Part shown: positions 44,384 to 53,317 of the stretch, one piece after another
Numbering within the stretch: position 1 is the first letter of the stretch
How the letters are laid out: every line of letters starts with the position of its first letter
Source of the DNA: a virus
Taxonomy: Duplodnaviria; Heunggongvirae; Uroviricota; Caudoviricetes
Direction: 5' to 3' (one strand)
IMG/VR virus record: IMGVR_UViG_3300037484_000445
Coordinates: 195,863-259,862 of that record
Length of the DNA: 64,000 nucleotides
The notes under the pieces: model-generated
What the model was told of the DNA's origin: nothing
Seen by the model: only the letters and a program-made list of their open reading frames with translations
Databases searched by the model: none
Translations under genes and position numbers: made by a program

Positions 44384-44427
44384 TTCTGGTGATGACTACC
44401 ATAAGGTTTTGGTAAAGTACACCAAAA
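44384..44427. promoter_or_regulatory. two tandem 21-bp NrtR-type operators, the second overlapping a GGTGTA element
   Basis: TTCTGGT-GATGACT-ACCATAA (44384-44404) and TTTTGGT-AAAGTAC-ACCAAAA (44407-44427). Confidence 0.75.
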
Positions 44428-44478
44428 AGTAACGCCTCTCAGACGATTCTTCACTGACGCAGCTAAGTACTTGAAAGA

Positions 44479-45144
44479 TCAGAAGTCTGAGTCATCGGCC
44501 AAGATGCGATCTAGAATAGACGGTCCGGGATCCTCGGGCTTCGGTGGATCTTCGGACTGGTTGGTGCGTGGCTCATTGAGGCTTTGAATGGCGTATCGTA
44601 AGGCGTCGAGAGAGTCGTGCCAAAAGGCTCGGTCTTCGTGAGGTCTTATAGTGTTTCTGTCTACGCCCCGAGCACGAGCCAACTCTTCCACGAAGCTCAC
44701 ATTGACTGGCTCACCGTCTATTTGTATGACATGCCCTTCGGAGTCACGTCCCCCAACAAAATTAGGTTGAGGCTCGATCAAAGGCATTGGGGGAAAACCG
44801 TCCAAGTAGGGAATAAGTGAGAGGCTTGAATCGTGTTCTGGCAGCCAATCCTCAATAGCTAGGGGAAGATTGATTTGAAAGAACCTAGATGTACAGGTGT
44901 AGTGTTGGCCCAGGTGAGGGTCTTCGTGGATCAAAGTCCTCACTTGCTCCCTTACATGTTCGGCTAAATGACGTCCTGGGACGTGATCCCAAAAATTGAT
45001 ACGCTGCCCTGGGTGCCTAGCGGCCATGCGAATCATGGCAATAGCTAGGGTCGTGGACCTCCCTGATCGACGAGCTCCATCATCAAGTAGCCACTCCAAG
45101 TAAGGCAGGGCTAGCAACTGCCAAGGTCTCAAATTCAGCGGCAC
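44479..45144 (-). CDS. hypothetical protein with P-loop-like GRSTT segment and C-terminal ILDRILADD motif
   Basis: RRSGRSTT; ends GPSILDRILADDSDF. Confidence 0.65.
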   Translation of the reverse strand: MPLNLRPWQLLALPYLEWLLDDGARRSGRSTTLAIAMIRMAARHPGQRINFWDHVPGRHLAEHVREQVRTLIHEDPHLGQHYTCTSRFFQINLPLAIEDWLPEHDSSLSLIPYLDGFPPMPLIEPQPNFVGGRDSEGHVIQIDGEPVNVSFVEELARARGVDRNTIRPHEDRAFWHDSLDALRYAIQSLNEPRTNQSEDPPKPEDPGPSILDRILADDSDF

Positions 45145-45154
45145 CCTTCGAGGC

Positions 45155-45171
45155 TACACCGCTTTGGTGTA
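45155..45171. promoter_or_regulatory. back-to-back GGTGTA elements serving divergent genes
   Basis: tacacc-gcttt-ggtgta, 10 and 11 nt from the starts at 45144 and 45183. Confidence 0.7.
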
Positions 45172-45182
45172 TTTCACACCCT

Positions 45183-45974
45183 ATGACTGACCTGTGGATG
45201 CGAATTCAACGTGTCAAGAACGATGAGGCCCTGTTGGAGGGTCTTACGTGGCGACGTCGGGAAGAGCGCTTGGCTGAAATGCCTGTTCCCTTCTGTTGTC
45301 CCAATATAGCCGGGGTTCAAGCCGTGTTTCCCCGACTCGAAGGGAATATCCCCACGGGATGGCTGACGACTGCACCAAAGCGTGGTTCGGACTTCGATCG
45401 AAAAATGGGTGTCGCCAAGTATTGTCCATTTTGCGGGACGGTACTTCCTGGCTTCCGTTTGAAGAAGAGTCCACCCGAGCATATCCAGGTCATTGATAGC
45501 CTGGACTACTGTGGCCTTTGCCATGAGCGCTACAACGGTTGCTTCTGCTCATACCCTCTTAGTGCCTGGGAAGTCGACAACGCCCCAAGTATCGTTGCTG
45601 TGACGGCTTTGATAGAACGAGAGGGAGATGAGATTCTCTCGGTCTCACGTAAGACCGACCCTAATGCCAAAGGACTTCCTGGCGGCAAGGTTGAGCTCAA
45701 TGAATCCCTTGAAACGGCTATGTGTCGAGAGCTGCTTGAAGAAACAGGGCTAATTGCTCTTGAGTTTCATCGAGTGTTTGATGCTTTGGACTCAACGGGT
45801 ATACGGGTAGTTTGCCTCAGGGTAACAAGGACTGAGAAAAAGAGTGCATCCGTTGAAAAGGGTGTTGTGCAATGGGTGAAACCGACAGCGCTAGTGACGA
45901 TGAGTCCTTTTGGGACTTTCAATTGGGGCTTGATGCAGAGGATCTCGACGCTCAACATGACGCCGCTAATCTAG
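45183..45974 (+). CDS. Cys-rich N-domain + NUDIX hydrolase
   Basis: CPFCG, CGLC..CFC; GGKVELNESLETAMCRELLEETG. Confidence 0.8.
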   Translation: MTDLWMRIQRVKNDEALLEGLTWRRREERLAEMPVPFCCPNIAGVQAVFPRLEGNIPTGWLTTAPKRGSDFDRKMGVAKYCPFCGTVLPGFRLKKSPPEHIQVIDSLDYCGLCHERYNGCFCSYPLSAWEVDNAPSIVAVTALIEREGDEILSVSRKTDPNAKGLPGGKVELNESLETAMCRELLEETGLIALEFHRVFDALDSTGIRVVCLRVTRTEKKSASVEKGVVQWVKPTALVTMSPFGTFNWGLMQRISTLNMTPLI

Positions 45975-46006
45975 CTAATTGCTTGGTCGAAAACAGCTAC
46001 TCGTGG

Positions 46007-46792
46007 ATGCCGCCCCTAAGAGGTTTCAATCTTGGAGTCAGCGTATTTCGATGGTTTCGTCTCAAGCTAGGGTATAAGCGTGTTGAGCCTTGTATGGTGA
46101 AGGCCAGCATACCGAACGATCCAGGCTATCCAGAACCCTCCTGGGTGAAAGAAGAGGATTCAAGCCTAAGTTCAATCCTAGATGATCAATTGGGCCATGA
46201 CGATCACGCTTGGGTTAGCTGGGGCCTGGAAAATGGTGTTAGTCCAGGTCAACCCTTTCTAATTGGGTTTCTAAAGCCCGTGTGGTCTCGCTGTAGCTAC
46301 GAGTACGACGAATGGGATGCTGACTACCCTTGGGAGTTGATTCGAGTTCTCCCTAATAACCCTGTGTCCGCTATTCAATCTTGGGATAGGGCTCTCAAGC
46401 AAATGGCCGCCATAAGGGTCAAGAAACAGCGACACTCCGAGCATACCCACCGCCTAAGTCTAGCCCTCAAGCATCGTTGGAGGATTGACGTTCAACATTT
46501 TGGAGGTTCCCACTTCAATAGCCCTGATCGCGTGCAACTCAGCCTTATCTGTGCTTCACGAGAAGCAGGGAACTCGCACCTGGCCTGGGGGGAAGCCGGA
46601 GGTAACCACTACGTATCCGGAGTTGGTTATGTCCAGGAGCGCTCCGACAAGGATGTAGCCTTTTCTCGGCTACTAGCAAACTTCATGAAGAGTCACCCCG
46701 AGGAGGATCCCGCGCCGTTAATTGAGCTAGCAGGCACGGCCGGGATCGCACTCACTCGGATTGATCGGATCCTCTATGCGTCAACGGGGTAG
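46007..46792 (+). CDS. hypothetical protein
   Basis: Start uncertain. Confidence 0.6.
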   Translation: MPPLRGFNLGVSVFRWFRLKLGYKRVEPCMVKASIPNDPGYPEPSWVKEEDSSLSSILDDQLGHDDHAWVSWGLENGVSPGQPFLIGFLKPVWSRCSYEYDEWDADYPWELIRVLPNNPVSAIQSWDRALKQMAAIRVKKQRHSEHTHRLSLALKHRWRIDVQHFGGSHFNSPDRVQLSLICASREAGNSHLAWGEAGGNHYVSGVGYVQERSDKDVAFSRLLANFMKSHPEEDPAPLIELAGTAGIALTRIDRILYASTG

Positions 46793-47902
46793 GGCCGAAA
46801 GAATCATACCCAAAGTCGACCAGTCTACGAGGTTCTCTGCGGCGATGTCTGCCACGTCTCGGACTTCAATGTAAGTTCGTTCGGATTCGGCGAGAACCCC
46901 GTGGGCAGATTTGTCAGCCTCAAGGATAGCCAACTCCTCTGAGGTCAGTTCTGCTACGAACAAGGTGCTGGTATGGGTTGTGAGCGTGGCACAGAGCTGC
47001 CGGGACTCTCGCTTGGTGAACCTGGCCGGGTCCATTACGAGGCCGGTCTCTTCGTGAACCTCTTCGGCAGCAACCTCAAGGGGGTTGGCCTTCTTGTCCG
47101 GCGAGGAACCGCTAGGAAGCTCGTAGACAAAGCACTCGGGGTTACGGGCAGGGCTGCGGAACTCTCGCACTAGGACGACTTTGGTGCCCTTGTAGAGCAA
47201 GACGGCTGATATGTCGGGCCTAAATAGGCAAAACTCGTTGATCTTACTTCGGTGCTCTTTGGCAATCCAAACCCGGACGTGAACCGTGTAGCAGAATAGT
47301 GCCCCGCTCTTGGGGGCGTGAAAGCTGCTCACTACCCGTCCGCCCTCGAGGCGGTTGCCTACTTTTAGCTGAGCCTGGTACCAGGATTGGAAGTCCTTTC
47401 GTTTCCAAATGTGTAGAGGAATTGTACATTCCCCTCCCGTCCGGAGAGCACCTTCCCCCAGAAAATGTTCTAAGGCCCACTCGAGGGCTTGCTTCAGGTC
47501 GATAGTCCCCGGGACTCGAAGCTTCTTGGCATAATGGACGGGGTACCGGGTATGAGTGGCTTCTGGAGGAGCTGCCCATATTACCTTGCCGGTATCCTCC
47601 CAGCGACCCCATTCGATATTGGTTGTCAAAGCGGGCTGCTCATCGCTTCGAGGAACCCAGAAGACAATGACGTCCGCACGGTTCAGGGCCTCTTCTTCCC
47701 ATTCGATCTGTTCTGTGATCTTACCGTTGAAGCCTCCACGAACCTCGGGGACGAACACAGTGCCATCATAACCAAGACTTTCGAGGATGTTAAGGGCCTC
47801 GACTCTCCATGAAGGGCTGTCGTCTCGAGGTGTGGGACCGGTTAGAAATATGGACTTAGTGACAGTTGTTGGAAATGGTTCTTGAGATTGAATTATATCC
47901 AT
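46781..47902 (-). CDS. nucleoside 2-deoxyribosyltransferase-like + NUDIX fusion
   Basis: IFLTGPTPR...SWR...EQIEWE...ADVIVFWVPR...TTNIEWG; ELPSGS...EEVHEETG. Confidence 0.8.
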   Translation of the reverse strand: MDIIQSQEPFPTTVTKSIFLTGPTPRDDSPSWRVEALNILESLGYDGTVFVPEVRGGFNGKITEQIEWEEEALNRADVIVFWVPRSDEQPALTTNIEWGRWEDTGKVIWAAPPEATHTRYPVHYAKKLRVPGTIDLKQALEWALEHFLGEGALRTGGECTIPLHIWKRKDFQSWYQAQLKVGNRLEGGRVVSSFHAPKSGALFCYTVHVRVWIAKEHRSKINEFCLFRPDISAVLLYKGTKVVLVREFRSPARNPECFVYELPSGSSPDKKANPLEVAAEEVHEETGLVMDPARFTKRESRQLCATLTTHTSTLFVAELTSEELAILEADKSAHGVLAESERTYIEVRDVADIAAENLVDWSTLGMILSALPR

Positions 47903-47911
47903 GTGTGTTCA

Positions 47912-47927
47912 TACACCAAGTGGTGTA
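47912..47927. promoter_or_regulatory. back-to-back GGTGTA elements serving divergent genes
   Basis: tacacc-aagt-ggtgta, 9 and 12 nt from the ATGs at 47902 and 47940. Confidence 0.7.
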
Positions 47928-47939
47928 TGGTCTGGAACA

Positions 47940-48443
47940 ATGATTGATCTGAAGCCTTCACCCAAAGGCTTGATTGTTGGTGCCTTCACAGACCGTAATG
48001 GCCGTGAGTGTGTTATCCAGGAGTCCTCTGTTCCTTCAGAATCTTGCCTATGGCTTGGCGTAGATTTGGGTTTGAATGGAGAGCCGATCCCTGGCGGTCG
48101 CATGCATCTCACACGAGAATTAGTGTTGGACCTTCTCCCGATTCTCCGGCACTTTGCTCGAACAGGATCATTGGGTTACGACGACCCAAGCCAACAGTTT
48201 CAAATAGGCACCTGGGTCATTGGTGTGGGGCCTGACAATAAGGGTGTGTTCGGTCGTGTCACAGAGGTATCTCCTGGAAGGTATCTCAAAGTTCAGGACG
48301 ATACTCGTATCCCTCCCGCAGGACAGATCAGTTGTGCTTGGGACCAAGTAGATTTGATCTGGGAGGTGACCCAAGAACGACAAGTCGACGATAGCCCCAC
48401 TCCCTTGGAACGTATTCTACGAGAGGACCACGACGATGATTGA
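47940..48443 (+). CDS. two-domain hypothetical protein with C-terminal LERIL.EDHDDD motif
   Basis: FTDRNG..C.IQESS...CLWLG...MHLTRE; acidic tail. Confidence 0.7.
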   Translation: MIDLKPSPKGLIVGAFTDRNGRECVIQESSVPSESCLWLGVDLGLNGEPIPGGRMHLTRELVLDLLPILRHFARTGSLGYDDPSQQFQIGTWVIGVGPDNKGVFGRVTEVSPGRYLKVQDDTRIPPAGQISCAWDQVDLIWEVTQERQVDDSPTPLERILREDHDDD

Positions 48444-48732
48444 CGACCGGCACTTACTTAATGACCTGTTGGACAGTGAGAAACTAACGGATGAACAGGC
48501 CGAAGCTTTCCTCAAGATGCGTGATGACCTCGTGACGGGAAAGTACCCAAAGCTGACACCTCGCCAGCGAGATTGGGCTGAAGACCTCCATTCTCGCTTT
48601 GGGCTCGACCCAGGGGCGGAGAACCTCGTCAGCTCCGGTCGGATGAAGGTGTCGGATGCTGAAAGAAAAAGCCTACAGGACTTTGTGGCTGGATTGGGAC
48701 CCAAGCATCTGAGGCCACCGGGTCGCCGCTAG
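48436..48732 (+). CDS. hypothetical protein (paralogue of the 33913-34323 N-domain)
   Basis: LLNDLL....LTDEQAEAF...LTPRQRDW. Confidence 0.65.
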   Translation: MIDDRHLLNDLLDSEKLTDEQAEAFLKMRDDLVTGKYPKLTPRQRDWAEDLHSRFGLDPGAENLVSSGRMKVSDAERKSLQDFVAGLGPKHLRPPGRR

Positions 48733-48783
48733 CTTTGCCTTAACTCAGTCCGCCAACGGACGTAGTCTGGTGTATCCGCAAGT

Positions 48784-49299
48784 ATGGCAAACTCTAGCTA
48801 TGTCCTGATGGTCGACCCCATCGAAGAGAACGCTGCAACGAAGATTCTCAAAGTCATAGCTCAAGAGGTTTTAGGGCCAGGTTACCGAGTTGAACGTGTC
48901 GTTGATTGGGAGAAGTCCAATAGTGCCCTGGCTCGGGTGTGGTCGGTATATCTTCCGGGTACCGAGGTCATTAGTCTCCAAAGGGCCATGCAGCAATGTA
49001 AGGCACCGGATGAGCCTTACGGATTTATGGTCTTTCTGTCGAAAGACTTGAAGCAGTGGGAGTTTCGACATCCGTGGAATCCTTGGGAGTGGTGGGCTCA
49101 AAACCGAGTCCAGCAGTTGATAGCCCGGCACTTCGGGCTGACAACGTACCGTGATGAAGGTACCGAAAGTCCTATGCCCGTTGATCCAGATGCTCTCAAG
49201 GCTACTTTCAAGGAGTACTTGGTCTTCAGATCCGGCGGAGATCTCCCCGACGTCTTCAAGCATGAGCTCTCTACGGCTCCTGAAGGTTTTCGGGATTAG
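48784..49299 (+). CDS. hypothetical protein
   Basis: ATG 9 nt after GGTGTA. Confidence 0.7.
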   Translation: MANSSYVLMVDPIEENAATKILKVIAQEVLGPGYRVERVVDWEKSNSALARVWSVYLPGTEVISLQRAMQQCKAPDEPYGFMVFLSKDLKQWEFRHPWNPWEWWAQNRVQQLIARHFGLTTYRDEGTESPMPVDPDALKATFKEYLVFRSGGDLPDVFKHELSTAPEGFRD

Positions 49300-49338
49300 C
49301 CCTTGTTGCCAATCAAAAGGTGCGGTAATTACGAGCCT

Positions 49339-49587
49339 ATGAACGTACAACCGGGCAACTACTTGCACTACAAGGGCGGTCGGTACCGAGTCCTCTTTAC
49401 GGCCAAGCACACGGAAACGGAAGAGACCCTTGTGGTGTATATGTCCTTGGAAAAAGGAGAAATGTTCGCCCGTCCAGAGAAAATGTGGTCTGAAGAAGTT
49501 ACTTGGCCCAAGGGTGATCTTCGGCCCAGATTCATCTCGGAAGAGGTGGCGTTCATCCGAGAGTCCTTAAGCTCAAGCCTAGCCTAA
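49339..49587 (+). CDS. DUF1653-family protein
   Basis: G.Y.HYKGG.Y.V...AKHTETEE.LVVY...ARP..M. Confidence 0.85.
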   Translation: MNVQPGNYLHYKGGRYRVLFTAKHTETEETLVVYMSLEKGEMFARPEKMWSEEVTWPKGDLRPRFISEEVAFIRESLSSSLA

Positions 49588-49597
49588 CGGAGTAGCG

Positions 49598-50206
49598 TTG
49601 CACATTCGATGGACACGCAAGCAACTACGATCCAATCGCCAAAGCGGCATACTCGTATGCATGCATTTCGAGGTCAAACAGCCTTGGGTCCTCTATCCGT
49701 ACTTGGTGCATCGGTATAAGGGTTCCGTTAGGGAGACGGTCATTTGGCAGCCGGGCCCGTGCGTTCGAGAGTGCTGTATCGAGGCGGTGGATGGACATGC
49801 CTTGTCCCATTGGTGGTGGACCGTAGAGAAGCGATTCAAGCTTCTCAAGCTTGAGGGACTCGAGGACGAGGAGATTACGAAGGCGCTCTTGGAGCAACTC
49901 GACTTCATTGAGAGCGTTCTCGAGGAAGTAGTCCCGAAGCCAACTAGGGGACAAATGCGGGGATACTTGGACTTTCGGGAAGACCTGGGTTTTCCCGACC
50001 ACGAGATCAAGGCTACCCAGAAGAATCGTGTACCAACGTACGCAAAGGTGTTAGGTTTCGATACTTGGCCATGCAAACTGGAAGACCTCAAGAAACGCTG
50101 GAAAGAGCTAGCCTTGAAGCATCATCCAGACCGTAATGGGGACCCCGCAAAGTTTCGAATTTGTCAACAGGCCTATCTTAAGGCACAAGAATACTTCGGA
50201 GAATGA
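49598..50206 (+). CDS. protein with C-terminal J-domain
   Basis: LKKRWKELALKHHPDRNGD...F.....AY. Confidence 0.8.
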   Translation: MHIRWTRKQLRSNRQSGILVCMHFEVKQPWVLYPYLVHRYKGSVRETVIWQPGPCVRECCIEAVDGHALSHWWWTVEKRFKLLKLEGLEDEEITKALLEQLDFIESVLEEVVPKPTRGQMRGYLDFREDLGFPDHEIKATQKNRVPTYAKVLGFDTWPCKLEDLKKRWKELALKHHPDRNGDPAKFRICQQAYLKAQEYFGE

Positions 50207-50207
50207 T

Positions 50208-50810
50208 ATGACTTTCGCACGACGTATGAGGCGAGCAAATGCTAAGGCCGATCCCCAGCCGCTGGATATAGTGGTGCCCGATGAGCACTTGAGGCTGCCG
50301 GTAGGAACCGTACTATCTGACCCCGTTCGAGGAGAGTTCCTGGCACTGCCGGTATTTGGGTGGATCTGTCGTAGGGTGAAGGTCAATACACCCTTGGTGA
50401 TGGTCACCACGATCTTGATACCCTCGGCAGAAGATCCTATGCCGAAGGGGACCCTGCAGATCGAAATGCCCGTCTATCCTGAAACGGAACTTGCTACGCT
50501 GGCGGCTCTTGAAGCCTTTGGGTGGGACGGCCGTATATGGCCCGAAGATAAGGGTTGGCCCGACGGAGATAGCGACGCTGAGACCAATCTGAAGTCTTTG
50601 ATGAGCCAGGCACGGTTGAAATCGACTCTTACCTTCCCCGCGTACGATAGTGGGAGTTCAGCCCAAAACGTCAATGTTTCCAGGGCTCAAGGTCCATTTC
50701 TGATGCCTCCCCTCCCACCCTATGAGGGGGATCCTGATCCTGAGATACTCGCCAAGTTTCGAACACTTTGCGAAAATCCTGCGTTTCTCCTTTTGCGTCG
50801 TACTAACTGA
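50208..50810 (+). CDS. hypothetical protein
   Basis: Start reassigned to just after the upstream stop. Confidence 0.65.
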   Translation: MTFARRMRRANAKADPQPLDIVVPDEHLRLPVGTVLSDPVRGEFLALPVFGWICRRVKVNTPLVMVTTILIPSAEDPMPKGTLQIEMPVYPETELATLAALEAFGWDGRIWPEDKGWPDGDSDAETNLKSLMSQARLKSTLTFPAYDSGSSAQNVNVSRAQGPFLMPPLPPYEGDPDPEILAKFRTLCENPAFLLLRRTN

Positions 50811-50958
50811 GGGACCGTGCCTAAACCCGAAGTCCAGATGTGTTTGGCTTGCAATGACAGACCTGCCACGCCAGGGAGTGATACTGTACCCCTGTGTGCC
50901 AAGTGCCGAGCTATCACAAGCAATCCTCGAGGGGTTACTTTTGAGAAGCCCCCTGTAG

Positions 50959-51543
50959 GTGATGCGAGTCATGTTGACTGAGTCCTTGGAAACCCAAGTT
51001 CTCGGGCACTTACAAGGAAGGCGCCAAGAAGGTCTACCCCTACACAAGGAGATCGAAGATCTCTTCACCGGGGGAGTGGACTTCCTAAGATCGCACTTTC
51101 CTAACACTTCAGTGACTCGATTGGCCACGGTAGCTTGGGACATCATAGGATTTGGCATTACGCCGGTCTGCTTGGGGTTACCCGTCCCTACAATGACATT
51201 CATCGTTGCTGGAACCGTCGAAGCACCCCAAGCCATGATCGCTGCCCCCAAGGTTTGGATCAATATGCTTCGCAAGGATCCCCTAACTCAGCTAGGGGCC
51301 TTAGTATTTGTATGCAGCCAAGCTGTCGACTACTATCACGATCGCTTGACGATTGATCGTGACAATATCAGGCTACGAGCCCACGCCTATGAGGCAGATT
51401 ACCTGAATACTGTCCGGCAGTTGGCACCAAGTTGGGAGTTGAGCGACTACCAACTTGGTGTCCTACGAGAGTTTCCTGAGGGCCTAGCCACACCCAAAGC
51501 AAACCGAACTCTCTACTGCATCCGACCATTCATCGCAGCTTGA
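50959..51543 (+). CDS. hypothetical protein
   Basis: 194-aa ORF. Confidence 0.65.
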   Translation: MMRVMLTESLETQVLGHLQGRRQEGLPLHKEIEDLFTGGVDFLRSHFPNTSVTRLATVAWDIIGFGITPVCLGLPVPTMTFIVAGTVEAPQAMIAAPKVWINMLRKDPLTQLGALVFVCSQAVDYYHDRLTIDRDNIRLRAHAYEADYLNTVRQLAPSWELSDYQLGVLREFPEGLATPKANRTLYCIRPFIAA

Positions 51544-51678
51544 GCCAGGTGTATATACCGGCGTCAAGTAAGTGTTAAATAAGGGGAATTCAATAGCCTG
51601 GGAGTAATCGGCCAAGAGGCCCATCAACTATTGTGCGATTTTCCCTCCATCTTCCTGGCGCTGGTGTATATACAGGAA

Positions 51679-52029
51679 GTGATCAATTTGAGCGTAATCC
51701 AAGCCCTTGGTCTTTGGTCTGACCTCGAACAAGCCTACCATGCCACTAATAGCTACGGCGGGGATGAAGCCGAACTCTATTTGTACCGTTTTATGCCCTA
51801 TGCACCCACGGCCAACAAGATCGAGCTTGTCGATGAACCTGGTATTTTTGGTGATATTGTTCGTGAAGCCTATGACGCCGCCAACCAGACACTCTACAAT
51901 CTGCTGGATCACTTCTCAAAGAAGCGTAAAGCCATTATTCTCGTTGAGGGTAAACCCTTAGGTCCTTGGTTGGTCACGGCTAGATTCGTTCATCGAGTCC
52001 ACGTTAAGGTTACGCCTAAGGACCAATAG
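51679..52029 (+). CDS. hypothetical protein
   Basis: GTG 10 nt after GGTGTA. Confidence 0.65.
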   Translation: MINLSVIQALGLWSDLEQAYHATNSYGGDEAELYLYRFMPYAPTANKIELVDEPGIFGDIVREAYDAANQTLYNLLDHFSKKRKAIILVEGKPLGPWLVTARFVHRVHVKVTPKDQ

Positions 52030-52034
52030 AGCCT

Positions 52035-52586
52035 GTGATGCAGCTATGTTTCAAGCAGGTCCCTGTAGATGACCACCGACTGTACCCTATCATCCCCCAA
52101 CTGTTTTTGGGCGGAGGGTTCTTTGCAGGGGATTGGGGTTGGAACTATAGCAGTGGTATCACGCTTTTCACCAACCATCCCGATACTTCGAGTTCCCTTC
52201 TGGAACACGCCCCCTTCAAGAAAGGTCAGTTCATCGAAGGACGCATCGTCAGCAACGTTCGAGCGTTTCAATCTGAGACCCGTGGTTGGGTTTGGATTGT
52301 CGATTTACAGGATCCCGAACCCGAGGACTTCAAAAGCGATTGGAGTTTCCTTTTGCGCCGCCCGGAGCATCGAGGGTGTTTCGAGTGCTTGGCGGAGAGC
52401 GCGGATCTCAAGCTGATTCCGGATTACCGAATTTATGACCCACGAGGAGTTATTGTAGCTAATCCAGATATCGTCGTAGGCGTATGTGAAGAATGTGAAG
52501 ACTACTTCAAAACAAGACTGGCCAAGCAGTGGGACGACTACCTAGGCCGAGTCACCGAGGACGATTGTGAGGAATTGGACTGCTAG
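52035..52586 (+). CDS. hypothetical protein with two CxxC motifs
   Basis: CFEC, CEEC. Confidence 0.65.
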   Translation: MMQLCFKQVPVDDHRLYPIIPQLFLGGGFFAGDWGWNYSSGITLFTNHPDTSSSLLEHAPFKKGQFIEGRIVSNVRAFQSETRGWVWIVDLQDPEPEDFKSDWSFLLRRPEHRGCFECLAESADLKLIPDYRIYDPRGVIVANPDIVVGVCEECEDYFKTRLAKQWDDYLGRVTEDDCEELDC

Positions 52587-52815
52587 AACAACACGCGTTT
52601 CGTTGGACCTAACTCCAGACGAGAAGGCTGAGGCTAAGTCGACGGCAAAGATATTGGGCTTGAAAACGGTTGCTCGTTACATGCGCCGAGCAAGTCGATT
52701 CTACGCCATGTTGGTCAGGCTACAGCAAGAAGGTTACCTCATCCAAGCCATCAAGAAGGGATCCCTAAAGCAATTCTCTAATCTTGATGTCCCTAACATA
52801 CCAGAGGACGATTGA
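52567..52815 (+). CDS. small ribbon-helix-helix-like protein
   Basis: TRVSLDLTPDEK...VARYMRRA. Confidence 0.5.
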   Translation: MRNWTARTTRVSLDLTPDEKAEAKSTAKILGLKTVARYMRRASRFYAMLVRLQQEGYLIQAIKKGSLKQFSNLDVPNIPEDD

Positions 52816-52816
52816 T

Positions 52817-53317
52817 ATGCAATATGGACGATTCTTGGCCAGAGCCAAGACACTTCGAGCTACTCACAACGCCAACCACATCAAGTTGTTCGAACTGCTT
52901 GCCCAGCAAGAAGAGGACATCCTTGATTGGAAATGGCCCCGTTCCAAGTACTACACGTGGGCAGAGCTACTCAAGGGCGAGGGACTTTGCACGTACGCCG
53001 CCTACCGTCAGTACAAGAAGGCTTGTGACATTCTGACTCCAGAGTGGTTGCATAAGCTGGGGATTTACCCGAGCATCAGTCTTGCTCGTCTGTCGGACAA
53101 GGATCGACCTGAAATCCTAAGACGTGTCAAGCGCTGGTACACCGGGCATCGTGTGCCGCCGACGTATCAACTGGTTTCCACTTACGTGCGGAACGTGCGT
53201 AAGGAGATGCAACCCGATCGGCTCACCAAAATTCAACGCATGCTGGCCTACATTCGTGCATGCCAAACCCTATTAACTTCGCATAAAATCGCTGTACCTA
53301 AGGAGACATGGAGATGA
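52817..53317 (+). CDS. hypothetical basic protein
   Basis: Co-oriented, basic. Confidence 0.65.
   Translation: MQYGRFLARAKTLRATHNANHIKLFELLAQQEEDILDWKWPRSKYYTWAELLKGEGLCTYAAYRQYKKACDILTPEWLHKLGIYPSISLARLSDKDRPEILRRVKRWYTGHRVPPTYQLVSTYVRNVRKEMQPDRLTKIQRMLAYIRACQTLLTSHKIAVPKETWR

Noticed and set aside
51548-51553. GGTGTA copies without a nearby start (51548, 3597, 16493)
   Set aside because: No start codon 9-13 nt downstream; about 30 chance copies are expected in the window, so these were not counted.
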